A DNA stretch of 53,308 bases. Origin: Candidatus Woesearchaeota archaeon. Lineage in GTDB: Archaea; Nanobdellota; Nanobdellia; Pacearchaeales; GW2011-AR1. Made by a program: the position numbers and the translations under genes. Below the pieces are notes generated by a model, which worked only from the letters and a program-made list of their open reading frames with translations, was not told the origin of the DNA and did no database searches. Positions 41,000 through 49,066 of this stretch are shown here, piece after piece. The stretch lies in the NCBI GenBank assembly GCA_964409005.1, contig CAYPBR010000002.1, positions 1-53,308 on the forward strand, given 5' to 3'. Positions within the stretch are counted from its first letter, which is position 1. Each line of letters begins with the position of its first letter.

Positions 41000-41150
41000 T
41001 GAATAAATTCATGGGCTTCTACGGGAAATCTCCCGATAGTTTCCTGCTTCGCAGACACTTGCCCTATTTTGTATTTTTTCAAATTCAAAAGAAGGTCTTA
41101 CTGTATCTCCACAGGCTTGAAATTCCGTCTGCCCGACGGTATTGTTTAAA
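41000..41150 (-). ncRNA. candidate omega-RNA (reRNA) scaffold overlapping the tnpB 3' end
   Basis: The GC-rich core 41013-41064 reads (minus strand) GGGCAAGTGTCTGCGAAGCAGGAAACTATCGGGAGATTTCCCGTAGAAGCCC. It contains hairpins CTGC-GAA-GCAG and CGGGA-GATT-TCCCG, closed by GGGC/GCCC. Boundaries are not determinable by eye. Confidence 0.45.
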
Positions 41151-42232
41151 ATATTTTTTGTTAGTTTTTTAATATTAAGTGAGGCGTTTAAATCTCTATC
41201 AATTTTTAATCCGCAATCTTCACACCCAAATATTCTTTTATCTAAAGTCATATTTTGTTTATGTCCACAAGAAGAACAAGTTTGAGATGTTGGTTCAAAT
41301 CTTCCAACTTCAATTATCTCTCCTTCAAAAATTGTTTTATAATATTTTAAGTATGAAAAGAAACTTCCCCAACTAACATCAGAAATACTTTTTGCTAAGC
41401 GATGATTTTTAACCATTCCTTTAATGTTTAAATTTTCAATTCCAATATATTTTATATCCCTTGCTAACTGCCTTGCTAATTTTTTATGGAAATCTTCTCT
41501 TTGTCTTGTTATTTTTATATGTTGATTTGCTAATTTAATTATTGATTTTTTTCTGTTCTTGCTTCCTTTCTTTTTCTTGCTATGTCTTCTGCTTAATCTT
41601 TTTAATTTTTTCTCACTTCTTCTTAAAAACTTTGGATTATCAAATTCTCTTTTATTAGAACAAACTAAAAACTTTTTAATTCCAACATCTAATCCTTCAA
41701 CTTCTGATTTAAAATTATTATCTACTTTTTCTACTGGAACTTCGTCACAAGAAAACACAGCATACCATTCATCATTCTCTTTTTTTATTGTTAGTGTTTT
41801 AATTGTTCCTTCTATCTCTCTATGTTTTTTGATTTTAAGCATTCCAATTTTAGAAACATATAATCTATTTGGATACATCTCTTGCCCATATTGAGGAAAT
41901 GTTATTGATTGGTAAAATACTCTTTTATGAAATTTAGGAAATCCAGGTGTTTCTCCATTTTTTACTCTTCTAAAGAAATGTTTAAATGCGTCAGAAATTC
42001 TTTTTGGAATGTTTTGTTTTACTTGTGAATGAAGTTGTTTTGTTTCAAAATCCTTCAAAATATTATTCATATCAAATTCAGACAGAGTTTCTTTCGTCCC
42101 TAAATATATTTGCTGATGAATATCTAACATTTGATTATATAAAAAACACGCTTGGTCTAATGCTCTTTCTAATCTTTTTTCTTGTTTTATAATTGGATAT
42201 ATTCTAAATTTATATGATTTTTTATTTAACAT
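41009..42232 (-). CDS. tnpB: TnpB (IS200/IS605-family OrfB, RuvC + zinc-finger RNA-guided nuclease)
   Basis: N-terminus YKFRIYP...QKRLERAL. RuvC-I is GLDVGIKKF and RuvC-II is IGIENLNIKGM. Zinc finger CSSCGH...CEDCG is followed by DRDLNASLNI. No tnpA is adjacent. Confidence 0.85.
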   Translation of the reverse strand: MLNKKSYKFRIYPIIKQEKRLERALDQACFLYNQMLDIHQQIYLGTKETLSEFDMNNILKDFETKQLHSQVKQNIPKRISDAFKHFFRRVKNGETPGFPKFHKRVFYQSITFPQYGQEMYPNRLYVSKIGMLKIKKHREIEGTIKTLTIKKENDEWYAVFSCDEVPVEKVDNNFKSEVEGLDVGIKKFLVCSNKREFDNPKFLRRSEKKLKRLSRRHSKKKKGSKNRKKSIIKLANQHIKITRQREDFHKKLARQLARDIKYIGIENLNIKGMVKNHRLAKSISDVSWGSFFSYLKYYKTIFEGEIIEVGRFEPTSQTCSSCGHKQNMTLDKRIFGCEDCGLKIDRDLNASLNIKKLTKNILNNTVGQTEFQACGDTVRPSFEFEKIQNRASVCEAGNYREISRRSP

Positions 42233-42353
42233 TTTTTTGTATTAATCTCCAGATTATATCTTCGTAAGTATCTGATTTCTTTTTCACTAAACTATCTAAT
42301 TTCTCCTTCAACTTTTTGCTGACAACAATATGGGGTTTTTGTTCTTTAACCAT
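42222..42353 (-). CDS. small VapB/RHH-like (PF02697-like) protein overlapping the tnpB start
   Basis: Hand-translated MVKEQKPHIVVSKKLKEKLDSLVKKKSDTYEDIIWRLIQKNVK. It overlaps tnpB by 11 nt. TTAAATAG box upstream. Confidence 0.45.
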   Translation of the reverse strand: MVKEQKPHIVVSKKLKEKLDSLVKKKSDTYEDIIWRLIQKNVK

Positions 42354-42412
42354 TTTAATCTAATTAATTTAATACATACCACTATTTAAGTCTTTTGGTT
42401 TAGCTTTTTTGT

Positions 42413-42634
42413 TCATCTGAATTTTTCACTCCTACAATCTACACTATATAATTTAATTTCACAACTTGGACAATGCCCGTCTTTTCCATGCATTTCTATC
42501 TCTTTTACCTCATTACATTCTATACAAAATTTTATTCGGTTCATCTTCCTTAATTTTATTTCTTTCTTTTTATAAGGAACTCCTTTTCTTTTTAGGGCTT
42601 CTATGAACTGGCTCATCAATATTTTTGTTTCCAT
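42413..42634 (-). CDS. zinc-ribbon protein
   Basis: Track ORF trimmed to METKILMSQF...; CIECNE...CPSCE. Confidence 0.4.
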   Translation of the reverse strand: METKILMSQFIEALKRKGVPYKKKEIKLRKMNRIKFCIECNEVKEIEMHGKDGHCPSCEIKLYSVDCRSEKFR

Positions 42635-42867
42635 TTTTAATGTTTTATATAAGTGAAAGTAAAGCCATCCCAAATACGATTCCTATTAAGACTATAATTA
42701 TTATTTTTAGTATCTCAAATATTAAATTAGTTTTTTCTCGTTCATTCATTTTGATTTTTTTGGGAGATGTTCTATTTATCCCTTTTGTGAACTGTTGGGA
42801 TAACTGTTGTTCTCCAAAAGTGTTGGCTTAACCCATGTTTTTGGTAATATCCCTTAACCATTATCTT

Positions 42868-42975
42868 CTATATTTTCTTTTTCTTATCTAATCTATAACC
42901 TATACAGATAACAACCAAAGTTAATAATAACAGGGATGTTTGCTGAGATAGCATTATTGCTGTAAGTACATTCAT
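42868..42975 (-). CDS. small membrane protein (35 aa)
   Basis: Hand-translated MNVLTAIMLSQQTSLLLLTLVVICIGYRLDKKKKI; GGAGG upstream. Confidence 0.3.
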   Translation of the reverse strand: MNVLTAIMLSQQTSLLLLTLVVICIGYRLDKKKKI

Positions 42976-42990
42976 CTTTTATTCCTCCAT

Positions 42991-43167
42991 TTATTTTGAT
43001 TTACTAAAAGCCCCAACTAAAATTATTGTTAATGCAACAATTTGGAAACCAATATGTTGTGCTAATTCAATAAATAGTGGACTTAATGTTGGCATGCCTA
43101 ATGCAATGATATAAACTAAATATATCGATTCCAAAAAAGCTCCAACATAAATTACACTTGCTTTCAT
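42991..43167 (-). CDS. small membrane protein (58 aa)
   Basis: Hand-translated MKASVIYVGAFLESIYLVYIIALGMPTLSPLFIELAQHIGFQIVALTIILVGAF... Confidence 0.35.
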   Translation of the reverse strand: MKASVIYVGAFLESIYLVYIIALGMPTLSPLFIELAQHIGFQIVALTIILVGAFSKSK

Positions 43168-43341
43168 TTATTTTTTCCTCCTTTGAGTTTTATTTTTAAG
43201 AATTCTTTGGTTTGTCGTTTCTTAGTTGTCATTGTTAGTTATTATTTGAAATATTTAAACTATTTAAATCTTCCTATTGATTTATTGTAATTTTAAAATG
43301 GTAAATTTATTTTTTGTCACTTCTTTGAAGTTTCTACAAAC

Positions 43342-43572
43342 CTAACTTTTATCATCTTTTAATCCATCAATAATATCTTTATTAAGTAACCTATGATAAA
43401 ATTCATCCTGAGACTTTATCATTAAGATTACATCTTTCTTTGGGAGTTTAGTTTTATGACAAAGCCATGAAATTAGGATATCATCATCTAACCCATACGC
43501 TTTCATTGTTTCTAGCCCTTCTAATACCTTCTTTAATCTTTTCCCAAATATTTTTATGTTATTTCCTTCCAT
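43342..43572 (-). CDS. hypothetical protein
   Basis: ORF track. Confidence 0.4.
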   Translation of the reverse strand: MEGNNIKIFGKRLKKVLEGLETMKAYGLDDDILISWLCHKTKLPKKDVILMIKSQDEFYHRLLNKDIIDGLKDDKS

Positions 43573-43813
43573 TATAATTCTTTTAGTATTTTTAGTTTAT
43601 TTAAGTATTTTATTCTTTCTTTGATAGTCATATCTGAAAATTTCTTAAAATCTTTTTTTATTTTAAAATCAACAAGGAAATGGTGATAGGCTTACAGATT
43701 CTATTTATCGTAGCGGGATATAAGTATTATACTAATGTATAACGGGTGGAGAGTTCCCTCCTATCCTTGTCATTGTTTGTCATCTCCGTCAAACAAATCT
43801 ACCAAATCCTTGA

Positions 43814-44038
43814 TTATAATTGATTAATAATATTGAGTTTATTAATTTTTTCTTTTATTTCTTTATTTATATCTATATTAAATATTTTAAATCTTTGCCT
43901 TAAAGTCCAAAATAAAGGTTTGCATTTCTCACATCTTTCTATACGAATACCTTTCTGAACAAATAAAATAGCCCACCTTTTATTAAGATTATGAATCCTA
44001 CCAATTTCTTCTTTTCCACAAATACATTTAACTAGCAT
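43814..44038 (-). CDS. zinc-ribbon protein
   Basis: CICGK...CEKC. Confidence 0.4.
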   Translation of the reverse strand: MLVKCICGKEEIGRIHNLNKRWAILFVQKGIRIERCEKCKPLFWTLRQRFKIFNIDINKEIKEKINKLNIINQL

Positions 44039-44285
44039 TTTTCATTTTAAAATGGTTTCTACAATAATTTCCCTGTGTTTTGTGAGATAATAATTTATTA
44101 CAATTATTACATCTTTTATTTCTGAATTCACTAAGTTCTTGATTATATTTTTTTAGATACTTTTGTATTTTTGCTTTATTCTTTTTTCTATACCTCCAAC
44201 CCATATCTTTTCTTTTTTCTCTATATACATTATCTTCTTTGTATCTTTTTGCTTTTGCAAATGCTAGTCCAACACGAATACTCAT
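44028..44285 (-). CDS. basic Y/K-repeat zinc-ribbon protein
   Basis: YREKRKDMGWRYRKKNKAKIQKYLKKYNQE...CNNCNK...CRNH. Confidence 0.45.
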   Translation of the reverse strand: MSIRVGLAFAKAKRYKEDNVYREKRKDMGWRYRKKNKAKIQKYLKKYNQELSEFRNKRCNNCNKLLSHKTQGNYCRNHFKMKNAS

Positions 44286-44470
44286 CTTACTCTTTCATTA
44301 CCTCTCTTTTGCCCATAAAGAATTTTGTTTAATTTTCTATAATGCCGTCGGTAGTAATTAACTTTTCTTCTCAATTCTTTTGTGTATAAAGCACAAGCAC
44401 TACAATATCTTGTTTGACTAAATATCAATTTCAATATCTTTCTATAACATTCACACCTCTTTTTTATCAT
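44282..44470 (-). CDS. basic zinc-ribbon protein
   Basis: ORF track; CECY...CSAC. Confidence 0.4.
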   Translation of the reverse strand: MIKKRCECYRKILKLIFSQTRYCSACALYTKELRRKVNYYRRHYRKLNKILYGQKRGNERVR

Positions 44471-44608
44471 TTAATAGCACTCCTTACATACATATCCCTC
44501 TTTAACTTTAATAGCATTAACTCTCGCTAACCAACACTCACATTTTGGGCAATATACATTACTTGGCTCCCCATCAAATACTTCTTTTGGTTTTTCTTTT
44601 TTCTTCAT
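44471..44608 (-). CDS. zinc-ribbon mini-protein (45 aa)
   Basis: Hand-translated MKKKEKPKEVFDGEPSNVYCPKCECWLARVNAIKVKEGYVCKECY. It overlaps the end of the upstream gene in another frame. Confidence 0.35.
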   Translation of the reverse strand: MKKKEKPKEVFDGEPSNVYCPKCECWLARVNAIKVKEGYVCKECY

Positions 44609-45152
44609 TTTCTTTATAATTCTGAAATGGTTTTAAATTAAAAATCCTTTCATCTTTTTTCATATGACAACTTCTACATAACCACTCAAAATCATTAATA
44701 TCCCTTTTATATTCTCCACTAATATTTGCTAAATCATATGGGTGTTTTATTTTACATATCTCACAGAATTTTGGTTTTTGTTTATAAACTTTAACCCATT
44801 GATGAAGAGCACTACAACCAACATTATCCCCTTTCCAATTTGGGTTTCTTTTACCTTTTATATCTCTCTGGAAATTATGTTTTCCTACTTGGTGTTGTAT
44901 TGATTTTCGTGAACATTTTAATTGCTTCTGCAGTTTCTTTAAATCTCCTTGTGGGTATTCTCTTTTAAGTATTTCAATATCTTCTTTTGTCCAAAATTTA
45001 TTTTTTGGTGTATAACCTTTAAAATATCTAATAATCCTTGAATGGGTTGTTCCATGAATTTTAGCTATCTTTCTAAAAGATACCCCCTTTTTTCTTAAAA
45101 TCCTAAAATTTTTTAATAATTTTGTGATTATCAAAACCCTTTTTTGAACCAT
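44574..45152 (-). CDS. HTH + HNH-family homing endonuclease (ANISGxYKRDI paralogue 3)
   Basis: VSFRKIAKIHGTTHSRIIRYF HTH; GKRNPNWKG; LHQWV...CEICK...DLANISGEYKRDINDFEWLCRSCHMKKD. Start trimmed to ATG 45152. Confidence 0.7.
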   Translation of the reverse strand: MVQKRVLIITKLLKNFRILRKKGVSFRKIAKIHGTTHSRIIRYFKGYTPKNKFWTKEDIEILKREYPQGDLKKLQKQLKCSRKSIQHQVGKHNFQRDIKGKRNPNWKGDNVGCSALHQWVKVYKQKPKFCEICKIKHPYDLANISGEYKRDINDFEWLCRSCHMKKDERIFNLKPFQNYKENEEKRKTKRSI

Positions 45153-45174
45153 ATCTAATCTAAATATTTCACAT

Positions 45175-45627
45175 TTATAAACTTTTCCTTTCTTTCCTTC
45201 CCCTCTGTTTTTTTCTACATCCCTCACAACTCTTCCATTTTTTTTCAATTTTCTTTCCCCCACATACTAGACATCTATCTTCCTTTTTCCACCTTTCACG
45301 CCTTCTTTCAAAACTATTTTGAATATTCTTTATGTGTCTTTTTCTGAATTCTTTATCATTGTTATATCTTTCATTTAAATATTGTTTTTTGTAGGCATAT
45401 CTTTTTTTCTCCTTTTCCTTTCTCTGTTTTTTAGGTAGATTATAGTAATAATTTAATGCTCTTTTATTTGCTCTTTTGCGTTCTTTTTCATTTAAATGAT
45501 ATTGAATTGTGGAAGCACAAAGTCCAAACATTTCTCCTATTTTTGCATAAGATAAATTTATCTTTCTTAGTTTTACCATAATTCTTTTTATTTCTGGAGT
45601 AACTTTTCTAAAACGATAGTGTTTCAT
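45175..45627 (-). CDS. HTH DNA-binding protein with basic Y/K/R tail (paralogue of 1562..1885)
   Basis: LSYAKIGEMFGLCASTIQYHL; YAYKKQYLNERYNNDKEFRKRH; C-terminal CLVCGG...CEGC. Confidence 0.6.
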   Translation of the reverse strand: MKHYRFRKVTPEIKRIMVKLRKINLSYAKIGEMFGLCASTIQYHLNEKERKRANKRALNYYYNLPKKQRKEKEKKRYAYKKQYLNERYNNDKEFRKRHIKNIQNSFERRRERWKKEDRCLVCGGKKIEKKWKSCEGCRKKQRGRKERKSL

Positions 45628-45902
45628 TTTAAACCTTCTATGATTAAACTTTTCAATAAACTTTTCTTTACAAAATCTTTTAGTTGTGGCATGATTTTTA
45701 TATGAAATAAATCTTTATCTATAATTTTTGAGTGGCATTGATTACAAACATATAAAGAATCTATAGCAACACATCGGGGTTCTATTTTATGATATATTTC
45801 TGTTTTATAACCATATTTTCCGAGATGTATCCCCATGTCAATTCCAATATTAATTGACCCATTGCTTTCTCTTTGTTTACATACTTCACAAAGTTCATCC
45901 AT
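45624..45902 (-). CDS. zinc-finger protein with conserved KK-hhhh-x-x-L C-terminal tail
   Basis: CEVCK...CNQCH; tail KKSLLKSLIIEGLK. Confidence 0.5.
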   Translation of the reverse strand: MDELCEVCKQRESNGSINIGIDMGIHLGKYGYKTEIYHKIEPRCVAIDSLYVCNQCHSKIIDKDLFHIKIMPQLKDFVKKSLLKSLIIEGLK

Positions 45903-46360
45903 TATAATAACCTCGTTGTATTGTTCTTTATGTAGTCTGAATCCAAATGTATTAAACTACTGCCACATTTTGGACAATAAAATAATTCTTCGTATTCTCC
46001 AGAAGGTATTGAAGTAACCATATTCATCACTTGTTTTTTATTCAATTTAGATGTTTTATTATCACAAGTATATCTTTTATAACGGGGGTCGCCATAATAA
46101 GGTTTTGGATATGGTTTTCTTGGTTTCCAAGGATTTGGTATGTCTGGATTTGGATAAGGTTTAGGTGTCCATGGGGGTAGTTCATCTGGTTCATCCATTT
46201 TTAGAAAGTTTTTAAGTAAGTCTTTATGTTTACAATTTCCACACACAAGGACAACTTTATAGAGTTCCTTCTCATCCATATCTTTATGCTTATCTAAAAA
46301 CTCTTTAGCAGAGATTACTTCTCCTTCATTTTTCTTTTCTTCTTTTTCTTCCATTTTCAA
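45902..46360 (-). CDS. split zinc-ribbon protein with Pro-rich linker
   Basis: CGNCKH...PPWTPKPYPNPDIPNPWKPRKPYPKPYY...CPKCG. Confidence 0.5.
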   Translation of the reverse strand: MKMEEKEEKKNEGEVISAKEFLDKHKDMDEKELYKVVLVCGNCKHKDLLKNFLKMDEPDELPPWTPKPYPNPDIPNPWKPRKPYPKPYYGDPRYKRYTCDNKTSKLNKKQVMNMVTSIPSGEYEELFYCPKCGSSLIHLDSDYIKNNTTRLL

Positions 46361-48111
46361 AAATCCTTTAATTTAATTTTAAAGCACATTCTTAATCCAA
46401 ATTTTGACAGGAGGGCAGGTCTACTTCTTACAACATATCCTTCCACATACTTCTTTTTATTAACTTCTTTCAAGAGATTTAACCAATAATTATAATCTAA
46501 TATGTCCTTACCTTCAAATTTAAACCACTTAACCATTTCAATTCCAGTAGATTTACTGAATTTTATTACATCGTTCCAATCAAAGAAACTATTTCCACAT
46601 TTTACATCAAATAATTTAAATGTTGGTTTTTCTGAATAGGTTTTTCCCTGTTTTTGTATATTCCCTCCACAAACTTCACCGAAAATTGTAACGAGCGATT
46701 TACTACCTTCAAAATAATCTTTTATTTTTTGCATATCTATATCTTTAATGGCTTCAAAATAAACATGATGTTCTTTGTCATCTTCAATAAAGTCGCTTCT
46801 TTTTCTAACTAATATTTCCTTTTCTGGGGTTAGTATTAAACCGCAATTTGTGTTATGAACTAAAACACCATTCGTAAAATAATTGGAGTTATCTTTAATA
46901 GTTAAATCATATTGGAAATCTTGTTGAAATTTATATTTAATTGGTAATTTATTTGAGATGTTCATTATTTTAACACCAAACAGTTCTGAATTTTTTGATA
47001 AGGATTTTAATTTATTTAAAACATTGCTATTCATCCTATATTTTTTTGGTAATTTATACCACATTCCTTTACAAATATAGGGATAAATCAAACTAAATAA
47101 TTTTTCACTTCCATCTGCTGTCAGAATTAAAGTAGCCCCTTTATAATCAAAAACCTTGCTTTCTATATCATATTTTATTTTGAACATATTTTTTAAAAGA
47201 GCAACTTCTTTAAAACTAAAACCATTTGTTGCAAAATGGATTCTTGCTCTTTGTTTATCACTAAAGTGAGCACTTCCATCATCCATATACCATATTGCTA
47301 TTGAAAGTGGGGTTAATTCATTTATCCATTTAGGATTAATTCTTTTCTTTCCATTTACTAAACAATATTCTTTAATTAAATCACTTATACTTAAATTTAT
47401 TATAGAATTTGCTCTCCTATTTGGCAAACTTCCTTTAAATCCCCCTTTATACCCTTTTCCTTCATTTATTATACCTTGTAGTAACTTTAATTTGTAATCA
47501 AAATAATCAGATTGTTTTATGCTATGGATAAAACTGAAACCATAATTTTTAATTGAAGTAGAATATATGCTTGAATCTCCTAATAATCCTCCAAGAATTA
47601 TTTGTTTGGTTTCAAGCGATAATTTATCTAATAAATGATTTATTTTCATCCCTTTCTTTAATTTTTTTGCTTCTATCCATTTATTTTTTATATAAAATTT
47701 ATGGTTATCTGTGCAAGTAATGTGTTTTATTGGTTGTTTATTGTTTTTGCTTTTTATCCAAATATTCAAAAAAGGGCGTAATCTTTTTTCTTTATGATAA
47801 TTGATTATTGGTTTAAATTCCGTCTTTTTTGTTTGGATATTATAGGACAAAACGTTTATTTTTTGTTTTTTATCATATTGTATTTTTTCAACGAGCCTCC
47901 CAATTGGAATTAAACCTTTATCTGTAAGCACTGTATTTCCATAATGGAGACATCCATCTATTTTTTCTGTAACAACAAACTCTTTAATGTTCTCTATCCC
48001 AATTAATTTAGGATTGATTACTCCTTTAATTAATTTGAATTTGCTATCCCTATCAAAAATTGTGTAAATTTTATGATATTTTGTTTGGCTTCTTAATTCT
48101 TCTTTTTCCAT
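46357..48111 (-). CDS. Rnl2-like ATP-dependent RNA ligase (PF09414-type) interrupted by an intein
   Basis: Extein: motif I TEKIDG | intein | TNCGL; FGEVCGGNIQK; FKLFDV; VEGYVVRS; CFKIKLKDF. Confidence 0.8.
   Translation of the reverse strand: MEKEELRSQTKYHKIYTIFDRDSKFKLIKGVINPKLIGIENIKEFVVTEKIDGCLHYGNTVLTDKGLIPIGRLVEKIQYDKKQKINVLSYNIQTKKTEFKPIINYHKEKRLRPFLNIWIKSKNNKQPIKHITCTDNHKFYIKNKWIEAKKLKKGMKINHLLDKLSLETKQIILGGLLGDSSIYSTSIKNYGFSFIHSIKQSDYFDYKLKLLQGIINEGKGYKGGFKGSLPNRRANSIINLSISDLIKEYCLVNGKKRINPKWINELTPLSIAIWYMDDGSAHFSDKQRARIHFATNGFSFKEVALLKNMFKIKYDIESKVFDYKGATLILTADGSEKLFSLIYPYICKGMWYKLPKKYRMNSNVLNKLKSLSKNSELFGVKIMNISNKLPIKYKFQQDFQYDLTIKDNSNYFTNGVLVHNTNCGLILTPEKEILVRKRSDFIEDDKEHHVYFEAIKDIDMQKIKDYFEGSKSLVTIFGEVCGGNIQKQGKTYSEKPTFKLFDVKCGNSFFDWNDVIKFSKSTGIEMVKWFKFEGKDILDYNYWLNLLKEVNKKKYVEGYVVRSRPALLSKFGLRMCFKIKLKDF
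46852..47952 (-). mobile_element. intein (367 aa) with LAGLIDADG homing-endonuclease domain
   Basis: Starts CLHYGNTVLTDKGLIPIG right after KIDG and ends GVLVHN followed by Thr+1. LAGLIDADG blocks are ILGGLLGDSSIY and SIAIWYMDDGS. Confidence 0.85.
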
Positions 48112-48112
48112 T

Positions 48113-48268
48113 TTAATACTTTTTTATAGTCCTTTTAGGCATTTTCAGTAATCTTCTTAAAACATCTTCATAACTTTCTCTTGGGACTATTTTTAAGTCA
48201 TTAAGTCTTTTTCTAACACTTTTACTTATTTGTATATATGTTTTATCTTCATTATCTTGTATTTCCAT
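48113..48268 (-). CDS. small VapB/RHH-like (PF02697-like) protein upstream of the RNA ligase
   Basis: Hand-translated MEIQDNEDKTYIQISKSVRKRLNDLKIVPRESYEDVLRRLLKMPKRTIKKY. Paralogue of 42222..42353. Confidence 0.45.
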   Translation of the reverse strand: MEIQDNEDKTYIQISKSVRKRLNDLKIVPRESYEDVLRRLLKMPKRTIKKY

Positions 48269-48303
48269 AGTATTATTATTGTATTAAGATTATATAAACC
48301 TTT

Positions 48304-48642
48304 CTATTTTCCATCTTTAATCTGTTTTAATTTTTCAGCAACTATTTGTTGTAATTCATCAACAATTTCATAATCCCCAAAATGCCTTTCAATAATTGTT
48401 GAATTTTTAGGGTCTTCAACCCCCATAAATTTACTATTTTTGATTATGATTGAACTTTTCTTACCACAATTTTCACATTTATTCTTTAAATTTAGGATAC
48501 AGTTATAGAGGTCTTCGTTTTTATCAAGGAAAAACTCATCTCCCATTACAAACCCATGCAAAGTTAAGTTTCCGAGTATTTTTGTTTGGGCATAGTTTTT
48601 CTTTCCACAGAAGAAACATTTATACCCTAAAGTGTCATACAT
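48304..48642 (-). CDS. zinc-ribbon protein
   Basis: CFFCGK...CENCGK. Confidence 0.45.
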   Translation of the reverse strand: MYDTLGYKCFFCGKKNYAQTKILGNLTLHGFVMGDEFFLDKNEDLYNCILNLKNKCENCGKKSSIIIKNSKFMGVEDPKNSTIIERHFGDYEIVDELQQIVAEKLKQIKDGK

Positions 48643-48649
48643 TCCAATT

Positions 48650-49066
48650 TTAATTTCCCCCCATCATTTTACCATTTCTTCGTCTTATAACTCTACTCTT
48701 CACATCCCTTAATTTTTTAGTGCTTCCAAACAATTTTTTAAGATTATAAGTATCTTCTCCATCATCCTTATCTTCATAATCTTCTTCACTATCATCAAGA
48801 TTATGAACCATTAACTTTTTACCAATATACCTTATTGTTTTTTCCTTCAATTTCTCTTGCTTATTCAGTTCATCCCAAAATGCTCTATCTTTTCTTAGAA
48901 TATGGTTAATTCTACCTTCACAATGTTTGCATAAAAATATATCAATAGTTCCGATATCACCTTTAATAGAACAATTCCCACAGACATCTTTCCCACAAAA
49001 ATCACATTTCTTATGGGAAATTGTTGTTTTACATTGGTCGCATATTATTGTTGTTTGTTCTGCCAT
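48650..49066 (-). CDS. B-box-like 4xCxxC zinc-finger protein with KKLMVHNL motif, then acidic and basic extension
   Basis: IICDQCKTTISHKKCDFCGKDVCGNC...FLCKHCE. Confidence 0.55.
   Translation of the reverse strand: MAEQTTIICDQCKTTISHKKCDFCGKDVCGNCSIKGDIGTIDIFLCKHCEGRINHILRKDRAFWDELNKQEKLKEKTIRYIGKKLMVHNLDDSEEDYEDKDDGEDTYNLKKLFGSTKKLRDVKSRVIRRRNGKMMGGN

Noticed and set aside
41009-41140. C-terminal about 40 residues of the TnpB ORF (…ACGDTVRPSFEFEKIQNRASVCEAGNYREISRRSP) as genuine protein sequence
   Set aside because: This GC-rich structured stretch is more likely omega-RNA scaffold read through by the ORF caller. The true stop or functional end of the protein cannot be fixed by eye.
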